DNA of 64,000 bases. It comes from an uncultured Myxococcales bacterium (lineage in GTDB: Bacteria > Myxococcota > Kuafuiibacteriia > Kuafuiibacteriales > Kuafuiibacteriaceae). Below are positions 45,783 to 55,079 of this stretch, one piece after another (position 1 is the stretch's first letter; every line of letters begins with the position of its first letter). The stretch covers positions 68,897 to 132,896 of the forward strand of contig CAYYOT010000004.1 of NCBI GenBank assembly GCA_964473255.1, given 5' to 3'. The notes beneath the pieces were generated by a model. That model searched no databases. It was not told the DNA's origin and was given only the letters and a program-made list of their open reading frames with translations. The translations under genes were made by a program, and so were the position numbers.

Positions 45783-46457
45783 ATGCGTCGATCCATCTTC
45801 AGCTCTGCCGTCCTCTGTCTCGCGGCCGCCCTTCCCTTCCCGGCCTGGGGCGCAGCCTCCACCGCCGCCTCGCCCAAGCCTTGGCTGGAGGAGAAGATCC
45901 GGGAAGGCCGGGCGCTGGCCGAGCGGCCCGTGAAGCCGGACTCACCAAGCGAGGACGCCTTCAAGAAAGACGCCGAGCGCCTGCTCGACGAGGTCCTCGA
46001 CTGGAACAAGCTGATCGAGCGAACCGTCCCCAAGTCTCAGTGGCGAAAGCTGTCCGATGCCGATCGAACGCGCTTCAAGAAGCTCCTGGAGAAGCTCATC
46101 CGCGCCTCGTATCGCTCGAAGCTCAAGCTAGCCGCCCAGGAAAAGCAGACGGGTAAGAAGCCACGCGAAGTCGAAATCGATTGGGTCGAAGAAAAGGTCG
46201 AAGATGATGAGGCCTATCTGGAAGCCAAGGTGCGAGCCGGTCGGGACCGGGTCGACTTGGGCTTCGACCTGATCCGCGAAGATGACCAGTGGAAGGTGTT
46301 CGACCTGGCCATGGATGGGGTCAAGACCACGCGCACGTACCGCAGCGAGTTCCGGAAGATCATCAGCGACGAGGGTTGGGACGGGCTGTTCCAACGCCTG
46401 GAAGAAAAGCTGGAGGACGTCGAAGCCGGCCGCGCAGAGTTCGGCCCTCGACGCTGA
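45783..46457 (+). CDS. MlaC/Ttg2D-family periplasmic phospholipid-binding protein
   Basis: The ATG at 45783 gives MRRSIFSSAVLCLAAALPFPAWGAAS (signal). The region EVLDWNKLIERTVPKSQWRKLSDADRTRFKKLLEKLIRASY... is characteristic of the MlaC (toluene tolerance) family. Confidence 0.6.
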   Translation: MRRSIFSSAVLCLAAALPFPAWGAASTAASPKPWLEEKIREGRALAERPVKPDSPSEDAFKKDAERLLDEVLDWNKLIERTVPKSQWRKLSDADRTRFKKLLEKLIRASYRSKLKLAAQEKQTGKKPREVEIDWVEEKVEDDEAYLEAKVRAGRDRVDLGFDLIREDDQWKVFDLAMDGVKTTRTYRSEFRKIISDEGWDGLFQRLEEKLEDVEAGRAEFGPRR

Positions 46458-46482
46458 CCCGTCCGCCGGCGCCCCGCAACAG

Positions 46483-48042
46483 CTAAGGGACGCCGCTGCC
46501 GGTTCGGCAGTACTGCTCCAATCGGGTCAGCGAACGCTCATGGAGCCCCGACCGCGGTACCGTCGTGTCCCGGACTTCCCGCCAGAGGTTACATGCCGCC
46601 CTCTCGCCTCGCTGCGCCGCGATCTCGGCGTCGTCGGCGAGGCGACGGGCGCGAATGCGAAGCCGTGCGATCCCGTCCGCCGCTTGGTCGTGCGAGGGGT
46701 CGATCTCGACCGCCGTTTTCCAGGACTGAAACGCGCTCTCGTAGCGTCCTTCATCGAACCGCTGCGCGCCCTGGTTGGACAGGGCATCCACGACCGCCAC
46801 CCCGAGCTCTCGAACGATGAAGGACGGAGAGCCATCGGGACTCAGCGGCGCCTCGAGCTGCGCGAGAACGTCCAGCAGAGCGGCGGCCCGGACGGGGTCG
46901 TTACTGACTTCCGTGCGAACGCGAGCCTGCATTCGTGGGATCTCGTCCAGGGTTGACGACAGCCTCAGCTCCCGCGCGAGCGGACTGTCGAGTTCCGTCG
47001 CCAGCCTCTGCGCTTCCGCCAGATCTCCGCGCCGATACGCGACCAGCGCGGGTACGGCCGGGTCTTCGTCGTACCGGTCATTGAACGACTGCGCGACGGG
47101 ATCGGGGACCGGAGCCGCCGTCCGAGCCCGGCTCCGCCGCCGCCGCGTCCGCGGTATCGGAGGAGGTCGCGTGGGCGCCGGCTCGTCGACTTGGCCAACG
47201 GCCGGGAATTCTGGAGCGGGCGCGGGCGATGGCGGCGCCAGCGACGACGATGGCTCCGGCCGGGGAGATTGCTCCGGATCGCCGTCCAGCCGCAGCTTGG
47301 AGCCGAGCGCTCCGGCGAACGCCAGCACGCCGATGGCTACGGCGACCGTCCCGAGGACCACCGGGCGCCGGGGGCTCCGCTCTTCGTGAGATTCGAGAAG
47401 TCGTTCGACCGGGAGCGACACGGCCAGCGGCACGCGGACCTCGAACTCGACCGAACCGAGCCTCAGCCGATCGAGGTCCCGGAGGTCGGCACGACGAACC
47501 CGAGCGTCGTTGACCCACAGGCCGTTCGCCGAGGCTCGGTCTTCGACCCGGAGTCGAGCCTCGGAGCCGGAGAAATCGATGTCGGCGTGGCGGCGCGAGA
47601 CCGAGTGGTCCTCCACGGTGACGTCGCAGTCATCGTCCCGACCGAGGGAGGCCCGCCCGGGGGAAACGGCGAAGGTCCGGCTCTCGACCGGCGGAGTCTG
47701 GCCCACGAGGAACACTCGAACATCAAAGGCCGCAGAAGCCGTAGCCTCTCGCACCTGCAGGCGATGAGCGGCAAAGCGAATGTCATCGGTCGCCTGAACC
47801 CGGCTGGGAGCGTCGATCCGCTGACCGTTGATCTCCACACCATGACTGCTCGCCAGATCGCTGAGGACGACGCTACCGTCCCGCACCTCGATTCTCAGGT
47901 GGCGACGACTCACCTTGGGGTGGTCGATTCGGATGTCGGCGCTGTCGTCGCGCCCGATCTCGACGGCCTCGCGGGCGAGCGGGCGCTCGACGCCGTCGGT
48001 CCCGGGCCCCTCGATGACGATGACGTAGCCGGGGTCGGTCAC
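46483..48042 (-). CDS. Double-FHA-domain bitopic membrane protein with a Pro-rich periplasmic/cytoplasmic linker and a C-terminal helical (TPR-like) domain
   Basis: FHA1 reads EIGRDDSADIRIDHPKVSRRHLRIEVRDGSVVLSDLASSHGVEING. FHA2 reads LGRDDDCDVTVEDHSVSRRHADIDFSGSEARLRVEDRASANGLWVND. There is one transmembrane helix (VVLGTVAVAIGVLAFAGALG). Confidence 0.7.
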   Translation of the reverse strand: MTDPGYVIVIEGPGTDGVERPLAREAVEIGRDDSADIRIDHPKVSRRHLRIEVRDGSVVLSDLASSHGVEINGQRIDAPSRVQATDDIRFAAHRLQVREATASAAFDVRVFLVGQTPPVESRTFAVSPGRASLGRDDDCDVTVEDHSVSRRHADIDFSGSEARLRVEDRASANGLWVNDARVRRADLRDLDRLRLGSVEFEVRVPLAVSLPVERLLESHEERSPRRPVVLGTVAVAIGVLAFAGALGSKLRLDGDPEQSPRPEPSSSLAPPSPAPAPEFPAVGQVDEPAPTRPPPIPRTRRRRSRARTAAPVPDPVAQSFNDRYDEDPAVPALVAYRRGDLAEAQRLATELDSPLARELRLSSTLDEIPRMQARVRTEVSNDPVRAAALLDVLAQLEAPLSPDGSPSFIVRELGVAVVDALSNQGAQRFDEGRYESAFQSWKTAVEIDPSHDQAADGIARLRIRARRLADDAEIAAQRGERAACNLWREVRDTTVPRSGLHERSLTRLEQYCRTGSGVP

Positions 48043-48053
48043 GATGAAGCGAC

Positions 48054-50069
48054 TCAGCCCTGGAAGATGCTCATGTTGACCTGCACCTCACCCCGGGCCG
48101 CCATGTCCTCGAGAAATCGAGGCACGTACCCGGTGGCGTGGAAGGTCCCGGTGACCAGGCCCTGGGAGTCGAGCCCCTCGGAGCGAAAGAGGAAGATGTC
48201 TTCCGTCCGAAGACGACCGTCCTCGAAGATGACTTCCGACACCCGGGTGATCCGGCGCGAGTTGTCCAAGAATCGGTCTTCTTGAATCACCACGGGGAAT
48301 GCAGCCGCAACGCGGGCCGCGCGGTCCTCGCCGACCGAGTCCTGAATGCGCGCGATGGCTTCCTCCGGATTCGAGGCCGACAGAGACACCACCGACCCCT
48401 GGAGGGGTCCGGCCACCGCGTCGAGCACCTCGGCGGCGGAATCGTCCAGGTTGGCAACGATCAGGCGGTCTCCCTGAAGGGCGAGGGCGAACTCGACCAA
48501 GGCTTCGAGCCCCCCGAACGGCTCCGGCTCCAGGGCCGTGGCGAGACGCTCCGGGTCGAGGTGAAGCTCGACGCCATTCTCGATGGTGATCAGCCGGTCT
48601 CCGACCGGCATGCTGGAGACCAGAGCGTTGAGCGTGGCCGTAGGCGAGACACCGGGCCCGACCGAAAGGAGGATGTTCCGCCGAAGACCCAAGCAGTCCT
48701 CGACGAACGAACGGATGCCAGAACTGATCGCGGAGTACTCGACGAGCTTGTCCAAGGTGAAGAGGTCGCGGGTCGTTTTCCGGATGGAAAGCGTGGGCCC
48801 GCGGAACGATACGGGAGGTCGAGCCGCTACGACGCGCGAGCCGTCACGCAGTCGCACGTCCAACGTCGGGCCAACGTCGAGGCCATCGATCCCCGCCAAC
48901 ACTGCAAACTGGCGGATCAGGTCATCGACGCGTTTGGCCGACGGGACGTCGGACCCGGCTTCTTCCAGGCGACCGTCGCGGTCGACGAGGATCTGCCCCT
49001 CTGGCGTGATCAGGACTTCGACAACGGCATCGTCGTTCACGAACTCGGCGACCAGCCCGAAGTCGGTCGCTAGCTTCGCCGCGCGCTCGCTGAGCGCCTG
49101 GACGTCTTCGCCGGCCGGGATGCGGCCCGCGCGCTGAAGACGGAACGCGTGGCGTCGGGCGGTCGTCTGGGCAGCGGTCTGCCGACCTGGGAGCTCCACC
49201 AACGGAACGTCGGCGAGACTCAACTCCTCGACCACGAAGCGGTGGAGACCCACCTCGATCTCGTCCCAGTCGAGCGGCTCGATACTCGACGCGACCGCGG
49301 CCATGGGCCCCTCCGATTCGGCGGAGGTCTGGACGTCGGCGGTGGACGGAGGTCCGGGGCGTGGCCGTGCTCGTGAACCGAGGGTTCGGCTGACGGGACG
49401 GGGCCGCGAGACCGAAGCGGGGCTGACGGCAGCAGGCGGCTCGGGGTCAGGGTCGGGCTCGAAGGCTGGCTCGGGGACGGGGTCGGGCTCGAGCATCGGC
49501 TCGGGAGCGAGTTCCGGCTCCCCAAGCGGTTCGGGAGCAAAGCTGGACGCGATGATCTCGTCGTGGTGCTTCGGGGGCTCCGGGGCGAAACCGTTGTCGC
49601 CGAGGTCCATCGGTTCGAGCTCCGGCTCGGCCTTCGGGGGGGGTGCCGCCGGCTCGGCCGGCTCGGGCGACAGACCGAAGTCCTGGTCGAAGTTATCGTC
49701 GATCAGGCCTGGGGCAGCTTTGGGCTCGTCCTGAGACTCGCCGCCAAACAGGTCGATCGCATCGTCCGGAAGGGGCGCCGCCTCGGTCTCGATCTGGACG
49801 GTGAAGTCGCCGATGTAGATCTTGTCGGTGCTCTTCACGACCTGAGGCGCGGTGATCTTCTTGCCGTTGACGTACGTGCCGTTCGTCGACTTCAGGTCCA
49901 CGATGACGTACTTGCCGTCCTTCAAGACGATCCGAGAATGGCGCTTGCTGATGTTGCCTTTGGGCAGAATGACGTCGTTGCCCTGGACGCGACCGATCGT
50001 GATCTCGTCCTTCTCGTAGGTTTCGTTGCGCGTTTCCCCGCCCTTCTCGTTGATCGTCAGCCGAAACAT
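48054..50069 (-). CDS. FHA domain fused to a degenerate CpaF/TadA-type (T2SS/T4SS E-family) secretion-ATPase domain (predicted pseudo-ATPase)
   Basis: The start is the ATG at 50067-50069 (MFRLTINEKGGETR...), an FHA domain containing NGTYVNG. A PEP/PEPxxEP acidic linker follows. The C-terminus has CpaF-like topology, but Walker A is GPGVSPTA (not GxxGSGKT), Walker B is DRLIVANLDD and the His-box is GPLQGSV. Confidence 0.6.
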   Translation of the reverse strand: MFRLTINEKGGETRNETYEKDEITIGRVQGNDVILPKGNISKRHSRIVLKDGKYVIVDLKSTNGTYVNGKKITAPQVVKSTDKIYIGDFTVQIETEAAPLPDDAIDLFGGESQDEPKAAPGLIDDNFDQDFGLSPEPAEPAAPPPKAEPELEPMDLGDNGFAPEPPKHHDEIIASSFAPEPLGEPELAPEPMLEPDPVPEPAFEPDPDPEPPAAVSPASVSRPRPVSRTLGSRARPRPGPPSTADVQTSAESEGPMAAVASSIEPLDWDEIEVGLHRFVVEELSLADVPLVELPGRQTAAQTTARRHAFRLQRAGRIPAGEDVQALSERAAKLATDFGLVAEFVNDDAVVEVLITPEGQILVDRDGRLEEAGSDVPSAKRVDDLIRQFAVLAGIDGLDVGPTLDVRLRDGSRVVAARPPVSFRGPTLSIRKTTRDLFTLDKLVEYSAISSGIRSFVEDCLGLRRNILLSVGPGVSPTATLNALVSSMPVGDRLITIENGVELHLDPERLATALEPEPFGGLEALVEFALALQGDRLIVANLDDSAAEVLDAVAGPLQGSVVSLSASNPEEAIARIQDSVGEDRAARVAAAFPVVIQEDRFLDNSRRITRVSEVIFEDGRLRTEDIFLFRSEGLDSQGLVTGTFHATGYVPRFLEDMAARGEVQVNMSIFQG

Positions 50070-50139
50070 GGCGCCTCGTCGGGAGCCTATCCCGATGGGA
50101 TCCTTGTAAGCCTGGCCAGGTATGGGCGCAAGATCCTGC

Positions 50140-53100
50140 TCAGTCGATGGACCGAACCGAGAGGCCATCCGACCGCAGGAGGACCTCCTGAATGCTTCGG
50201 GACCCCGGGAAGCTGAAGAGAAATCCGCGCCGAACGGGGACATAGGTGCCGGAATCGGGGACCGCGGCCAGCGGTCGACCGCCGTCCACGACGCCCACGA
50301 ACTGGATGACGGGCTCCGCCGAGTTCACCTGGATCTCGACGGCGTCGCACTGCCGCTGTCGGTAGGAGACGAAGCAGTTTCCGAACGTCGTGCAGTCCAG
50401 CGCACACTGGCCCGGGCAGTCGCTGCCGCTGCCCACGCACGACCGCCCGCTGCCGCACTCGGAGTTGCGCATGCACGCCTGGCCGATACCGTCGGGATTC
50501 GGCACCCCGTTCTCCAGCTCGAACGGGGTGTCCGTCCCGGCTTGCCCCGGTCGTGCGTCGCCAGCCCGAATGTCGCAGCGAAAGACGTCGGTGGGCTCCG
50601 CCGTGCGCCAGGTGAACGACAGCGGAAGCTCATCCGGAAAAACGATTTCCGACGGGTCCAGGACCGGGCTCCGAGCGACGACCCGCTGGACCGTGCCGTC
50701 GAGAGTCTCGACCGTGAGCACGGATTCGTCGTCGCGGGGATGGATCTCCAAGTGAAAGAGCAAGAGCTCCCGCTGCCCTCGAAAGGCGGTCGTGGCCTGA
50801 TCGCGAGCGGCAACGAGCGAGACGCAGGCCTCGAGGAGGCCGGCCGTGGCGTTGATATCGCCCGGAAGCAGGGACGGCGTGTCGCGGACGGTCGGAGGAA
50901 AGATGGGACACGCCTCGTTGACGCTGAGGTCGTCGTTCAAGCTGTCCTGTCGGAAACACGACCTGGACGTGTCGACGAATTCCGCCTCCTCGAACTGGTT
51001 CGGCACCTCCACGGTGAAGGAGTTCCGGTCGACCGCGACCAGCTCACCAGGTCCCCCGTCCGAACCCTCGAAGAAGCCGAGCTCCAGGCGTATCCGTTCG
51101 AGCTCTTCGGGGTCGTCGTCGTCCGGCGTTCGGCAGTTGAGGAAGAGCGACACCATGTCGCCCGGCCCCTCGGGCGATCGCGGGCGAACCTTGAAGTCCT
51201 CGAGAAGGTCGATCGTCGGCGGAATCTCGAAGACGATCTGCGTGGAGCCGGACGTGGTGCCCGGACCGACCGAGGCCACCGGAAGCTGCTGGGAGCGAGC
51301 CCGGAAGAGCGCTCCGCGGAAGCTGGCTCGGTAGCGGGTGTCCGCGGCCACGGGCTTGGCCCGGATCGCCGGGCAATTCTGACTTTGAACGAACGTGCCC
51401 TCGGTATCTGGACCGATGTAGCGATTGTCGACCCATCGCGGAATCGCCTCCACCGAAGTGTCGCCGGTGCGAACCGAGAAGTTCTCTCGGCACCGGGGAA
51501 CTGCGATGTCGACGGGTGGTTCGGGCGCGATCTGTCGGTTTCGCTCCTCGTTGAGCTGCTCGACGCGCTGGTCGCGGCGGCACAGTCCCACGACCTCGGT
51601 GCGACGGTCCTGGAGGACGACCGGTTCGGCCGGCTGACCCTCGACGTTACCGGTTTCGACCGTTTCGATGATCAGAGTGCGCTCGAACACCTCTTCGACC
51701 CGAGGCTCGGGTGCCGTTCGAAGGAGCAGCGACGTCGAGTTCACGTTGCCGGGCTCCCCTTCGGTGGTGGCCACGCGGAGAGCGTCGATCGGCCCGACCA
51801 CGAAGCTCACCGTTGCGTCGCGGTGGGCCAGAGCGAGAATGCCGGGCCCCGGGTCGCCCCCTTCCCCTGGCGTCCCGTCGTAGGCCTCCACCACCCCGCG
51901 CGTGAGACGACCACGCAAGAGGAGCGAGTCTTTGTCGGCCGCGATCGCCGCGGCGTCGGAGGGCGTCTCTCGGAGGACCAAAACGCCAGGCGGCTGACGG
52001 CCCCGCTCGTCGTCCTCCAGATAGGGTGAGTCAAAGACGGCGTCCACCGCTCGACAGGGCCCGTTCCGGCAGTCGAGGGCGTCGATGGCCGAACGATCGG
52101 AGCGCACCACGACCGCTCCCCCATCGCCGTACGGGAGCGCGCGAAAAGCCGAGCCTCCGATCGAAGCGAGTCCGACCAGCGAAAGCTCCGGAGGATCGTG
52201 CAGTCCGCTGACTCTGATCTGAGCGACCGTGGACGATCCGGCTGCGTCGACCACCAGATACGTGCCGTCCGAAGAAGCCGTCGACGACACCGTGCCGGAT
52301 AGCGTGGACGTCGCCGTAATCCGGGTGAGGTCGCGCGGACTGATGCCGATCTCCAGCGCAACGGGACTCGACTCCGCCCCGTCGGCGTAGCCGACGCCCA
52401 GCGTTTCGACCGCGTCGAACTCGAAGTCGCAGTCGGCGAACGCGAAGGAAGCGTTCGCGGTCGGCGTGAACACCGACCGTACGTCCATCACGACGAGAAG
52501 GCCGCCGTTCCCGGGGGGGCCGTTGCGCTCGAGCCCGAGGAGCAGGCGCGTATCGACGACGTCGGCGGATGCGGATGTCATGGCGGGCGGTTCTCCTCCG
52601 CCGGGACACCCCGACTCCGCGGCCCGCTCGCCGATCGCGACCGCGGCCACGAGCGAGAACGCCTCGAGGTCGACATCGCCCAGCGACGCGGCATCCAGCA
52701 GCGAAACGACGGGAAGACTCTGATCCGTGCCCGGAATCGGCGACAGCGGGTCGATGGCGAGGAAGTCATCGACGCCCGAGGTGATCACCACCGTCCCCAG
52801 TCGTCGCTGGATGGTGTCGGAGCTCACCCGGGCGGCCGGCGACTCACCGACCGTGGCCTGGGGAAGGTGCAAAGCATGAATCACCGACTGCCCGGGCGCG
52901 ATCGCGTATGGCCGGACGCTCGCCGTGTTGGGCGCGGCGGCGACCGCGACCGGATAGCCAGGCGTCGAAACGGTGATGTTGGACAGGACTACGGGTGCGG
53001 GCAAAAACGCCGGGAAGTTCGCGCCTTCGTACTGTAAGACGCGCACGCCCTCCGCTTCCGAATCCGCGACGAAGACATCGCTGCGCACGAGCGGGTTGCC

Positions 53101-53235
53101 CGAGGAGGTGGAATCCGGGGCTCGCGGGACGATGGTCAGGCCCGAAGGACGACGCAGGTTGGCCGCGGGGTCCGGGGGGGTGGATGGACAGGCGCACAGC
53201 GCTAGCGCCGTCAAAGCAAAGAAGCGTCGCATCAT
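50140..53235 (-). CDS. Very large hypothetical lipoprotein (1031 aa)
   Basis: Signal plus lipobox MMRRFFALTALALCACPS. There are no recognisable catalytic motifs. The protein is Cys-poor except for a C-terminal Cys cluster (CMRNSECGSGRSCVGSGSDCPGQCALDCTTFGNC). Its start overlaps the upstream stop (ATGA). Confidence 0.5.
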   Translation of the reverse strand: MMRRFFALTALALCACPSTPPDPAANLRRPSGLTIVPRAPDSTSSGNPLVRSDVFVADSEAEGVRVLQYEGANFPAFLPAPVVLSNITVSTPGYPVAVAAAPNTASVRPYAIAPGQSVIHALHLPQATVGESPAARVSSDTIQRRLGTVVITSGVDDFLAIDPLSPIPGTDQSLPVVSLLDAASLGDVDLEAFSLVAAVAIGERAAESGCPGGGEPPAMTSASADVVDTRLLLGLERNGPPGNGGLLVVMDVRSVFTPTANASFAFADCDFEFDAVETLGVGYADGAESSPVALEIGISPRDLTRITATSTLSGTVSSTASSDGTYLVVDAAGSSTVAQIRVSGLHDPPELSLVGLASIGGSAFRALPYGDGGAVVVRSDRSAIDALDCRNGPCRAVDAVFDSPYLEDDERGRQPPGVLVLRETPSDAAAIAADKDSLLLRGRLTRGVVEAYDGTPGEGGDPGPGILALAHRDATVSFVVGPIDALRVATTEGEPGNVNSTSLLLRTAPEPRVEEVFERTLIIETVETGNVEGQPAEPVVLQDRRTEVVGLCRRDQRVEQLNEERNRQIAPEPPVDIAVPRCRENFSVRTGDTSVEAIPRWVDNRYIGPDTEGTFVQSQNCPAIRAKPVAADTRYRASFRGALFRARSQQLPVASVGPGTTSGSTQIVFEIPPTIDLLEDFKVRPRSPEGPGDMVSLFLNCRTPDDDDPEELERIRLELGFFEGSDGGPGELVAVDRNSFTVEVPNQFEEAEFVDTSRSCFRQDSLNDDLSVNEACPIFPPTVRDTPSLLPGDINATAGLLEACVSLVAARDQATTAFRGQRELLLFHLEIHPRDDESVLTVETLDGTVQRVVARSPVLDPSEIVFPDELPLSFTWRTAEPTDVFRCDIRAGDARPGQAGTDTPFELENGVPNPDGIGQACMRNSECGSGRSCVGSGSDCPGQCALDCTTFGNCFVSYRQRQCDAVEIQVNSAEPVIQFVGVVDGGRPLAAVPDSGTYVPVRRGFLFSFPGSRSIQEVLLRSDGLSVRSID

Positions 53236-55079
53236 CGGTCGGGCCGGAAGAAGTTGTCGTACGATTCCCGCGTTCCCGCGGCGTTCAGGTCGCGCCCCAC
53301 CCGCGCGACGATGCGATGGCGAACCGGGTTGGGATCGGTCACGTCGAAGACCGCGATCGTCGAGTTCTCGAAGTTGGAAATGTACATCAGGCGCCGCCCG
53401 TCCCGCTCATCGAAGACCGCTTGCATGGGGGACGCGAGGAGAAACGTCACGATGGTGCGGTCGGTCGGCCCGCCGTCCGGGAGGTCGCGCTGCCCCCGAC
53501 CACGCAAGGTGAACAGGAGCGACGGGCGATCCTGGGTGACGTCCAACAAGAAGATCTGGTCGCCGCGCGCATCGAGTACGTAGACCCATCGACGGTTGGG
53601 CGGAGCGAATGGCGACAGGAGAACTCCGCCGAGCTCCTCGCCCAGCGCGAAGACGTTTCGAACCTCGAATTCTTCGGTCTCGGGGTCGTAGCTAGAAATC
53701 ACGAAGGCCGACGTGTTGCTGTCCACCTGCTGCCGAATCTGGATGGTCGTGTACAAGCGACCGGCAGTGCCGGCGGCTTCATCGGCCTCGACGTAGACCG
53801 ACCCTCGCGTCGTGAATCCGGCGGTGACTCCGCTGAAGTCGACGCCGACTTCGGGAGCGATGAACGTCTCGGTGCGGTTCGGCTCATCGGAGGGCTGGAA
53901 GGCCGGAGCGAGGATCAGCGTGTCCTCGGTGACACCGACCGCGTTGAGCTCCCCGCCCAGGTCACGATTCGTGGTGACGATGAACCCGGGACCCGGTTCC
54001 TCGCCGGCTTCGGAGCGGGCCAGGCTCTGCACCGGCACAACGGTGCTCGACGAGTCCAGACCTCGGATCGCGGCCCCGCAGAATTCGGCCTGATTCGGAT
54101 CGCTGTTGAGCCGGAACCCGGTCTCGAGGCGGCAGTCCCGAGGCAGCGGATTAGCTGGAGGCTCGATGCCCGGGAAGAGTTCGCTCGGGTGCTCGGGGCA
54201 CGACGTCTGGGGTCGGCTCGGGCCGGACAGCACGAGAAAGTCCGACGTCCGCAGCCCGCGAAATCGATCCTGGAGCTCACAAGCCTCGATGAAGCTGATC
54301 ACGCCGACGGTGAACGAGAAAGGGTCGACGGAGAGATGTGTGACCGCGAGGTTGCGAGTGACGTCTCCGTCGGTCAGCTGCGCCACCATGTACGGATCAC
54401 TTTTGACCAGGGGCAGAGTAAAGGTCTCCGAGCAATCCGTGGTCCCAACCCGATCCACGTCGTTGGACGACTCGCAGGGCCGACCAAAGCACTCGCTGGC
54501 GTCCGCCGCGAAACGGCAGGCCAACGGCGTCGACCCGATGACCTGGGGAGGCAGGGCCCTCGGGTCCATGCCAAAGTTCACGCCAACTCGGTCCGTCCGG
54601 ACTTCGAGCAGGGTCAGCGTCTGCTGAAAGCGGGTGGGCAGAGCCAGGAAGCTGCGGATCTCCGGGTCGTCATCGTCGGGATTTGGATCGAAGCGGAGGA
54701 CGGACAGGAGGCCGGCGGCGCCGTTTGTTCGGACCGCGCCGACGAATGGGGCAGGCCCCCCGTCGGTCGGGTCGAGATTCTCAAGGTAGGCGACGGTCGA
54801 TGAATCGGTCGGGATCATCCGCGAAAGCTCCGAGAGGAGGTAAGCGGTGACCGTGCCCGCGTTGTATCGCTGATCGAAGTTCGAGTTGGCGACGAGAAGG
54901 AGGTCGGAGCCTGAGGGCGCGGACGTCGTCGTAAAGGCCGGAACTCTCGCCAAACCCACCGGAAGGTAAGGGAGAGCAGCCGAGCGATTCGGGTCGTCCA
55001 GAGGATTGGCGCCGATCTCCGAGTCGACGCAGCCCGCGACAACGACGGCGAGGCCGAGCAGAGATTGAACGCGGATCAA
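53232..55079 (-). CDS. Large hypothetical lipoprotein (615 aa), beta-propeller-like
   Basis: Signal plus lipobox LLGLAVVVAGCVDS. The sequence is rich in beta-strands. Its start overlaps the ppdK stop (ATGA). Confidence 0.5.
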   Translation of the reverse strand: MIRVQSLLGLAVVVAGCVDSEIGANPLDDPNRSAALPYLPVGLARVPAFTTTSAPSGSDLLLVANSNFDQRYNAGTVTAYLLSELSRMIPTDSSTVAYLENLDPTDGGPAPFVGAVRTNGAAGLLSVLRFDPNPDDDDPEIRSFLALPTRFQQTLTLLEVRTDRVGVNFGMDPRALPPQVIGSTPLACRFAADASECFGRPCESSNDVDRVGTTDCSETFTLPLVKSDPYMVAQLTDGDVTRNLAVTHLSVDPFSFTVGVISFIEACELQDRFRGLRTSDFLVLSGPSRPQTSCPEHPSELFPGIEPPANPLPRDCRLETGFRLNSDPNQAEFCGAAIRGLDSSSTVVPVQSLARSEAGEEPGPGFIVTTNRDLGGELNAVGVTEDTLILAPAFQPSDEPNRTETFIAPEVGVDFSGVTAGFTTRGSVYVEADEAAGTAGRLYTTIQIRQQVDSNTSAFVISSYDPETEEFEVRNVFALGEELGGVLLSPFAPPNRRWVYVLDARGDQIFLLDVTQDRPSLLFTLRGRGQRDLPDGGPTDRTIVTFLLASPMQAVFDERDGRRLMYISNFENSTIAVFDVTDPNPVRHRIVARVGRDLNAAGTRESYDNFFRPDR

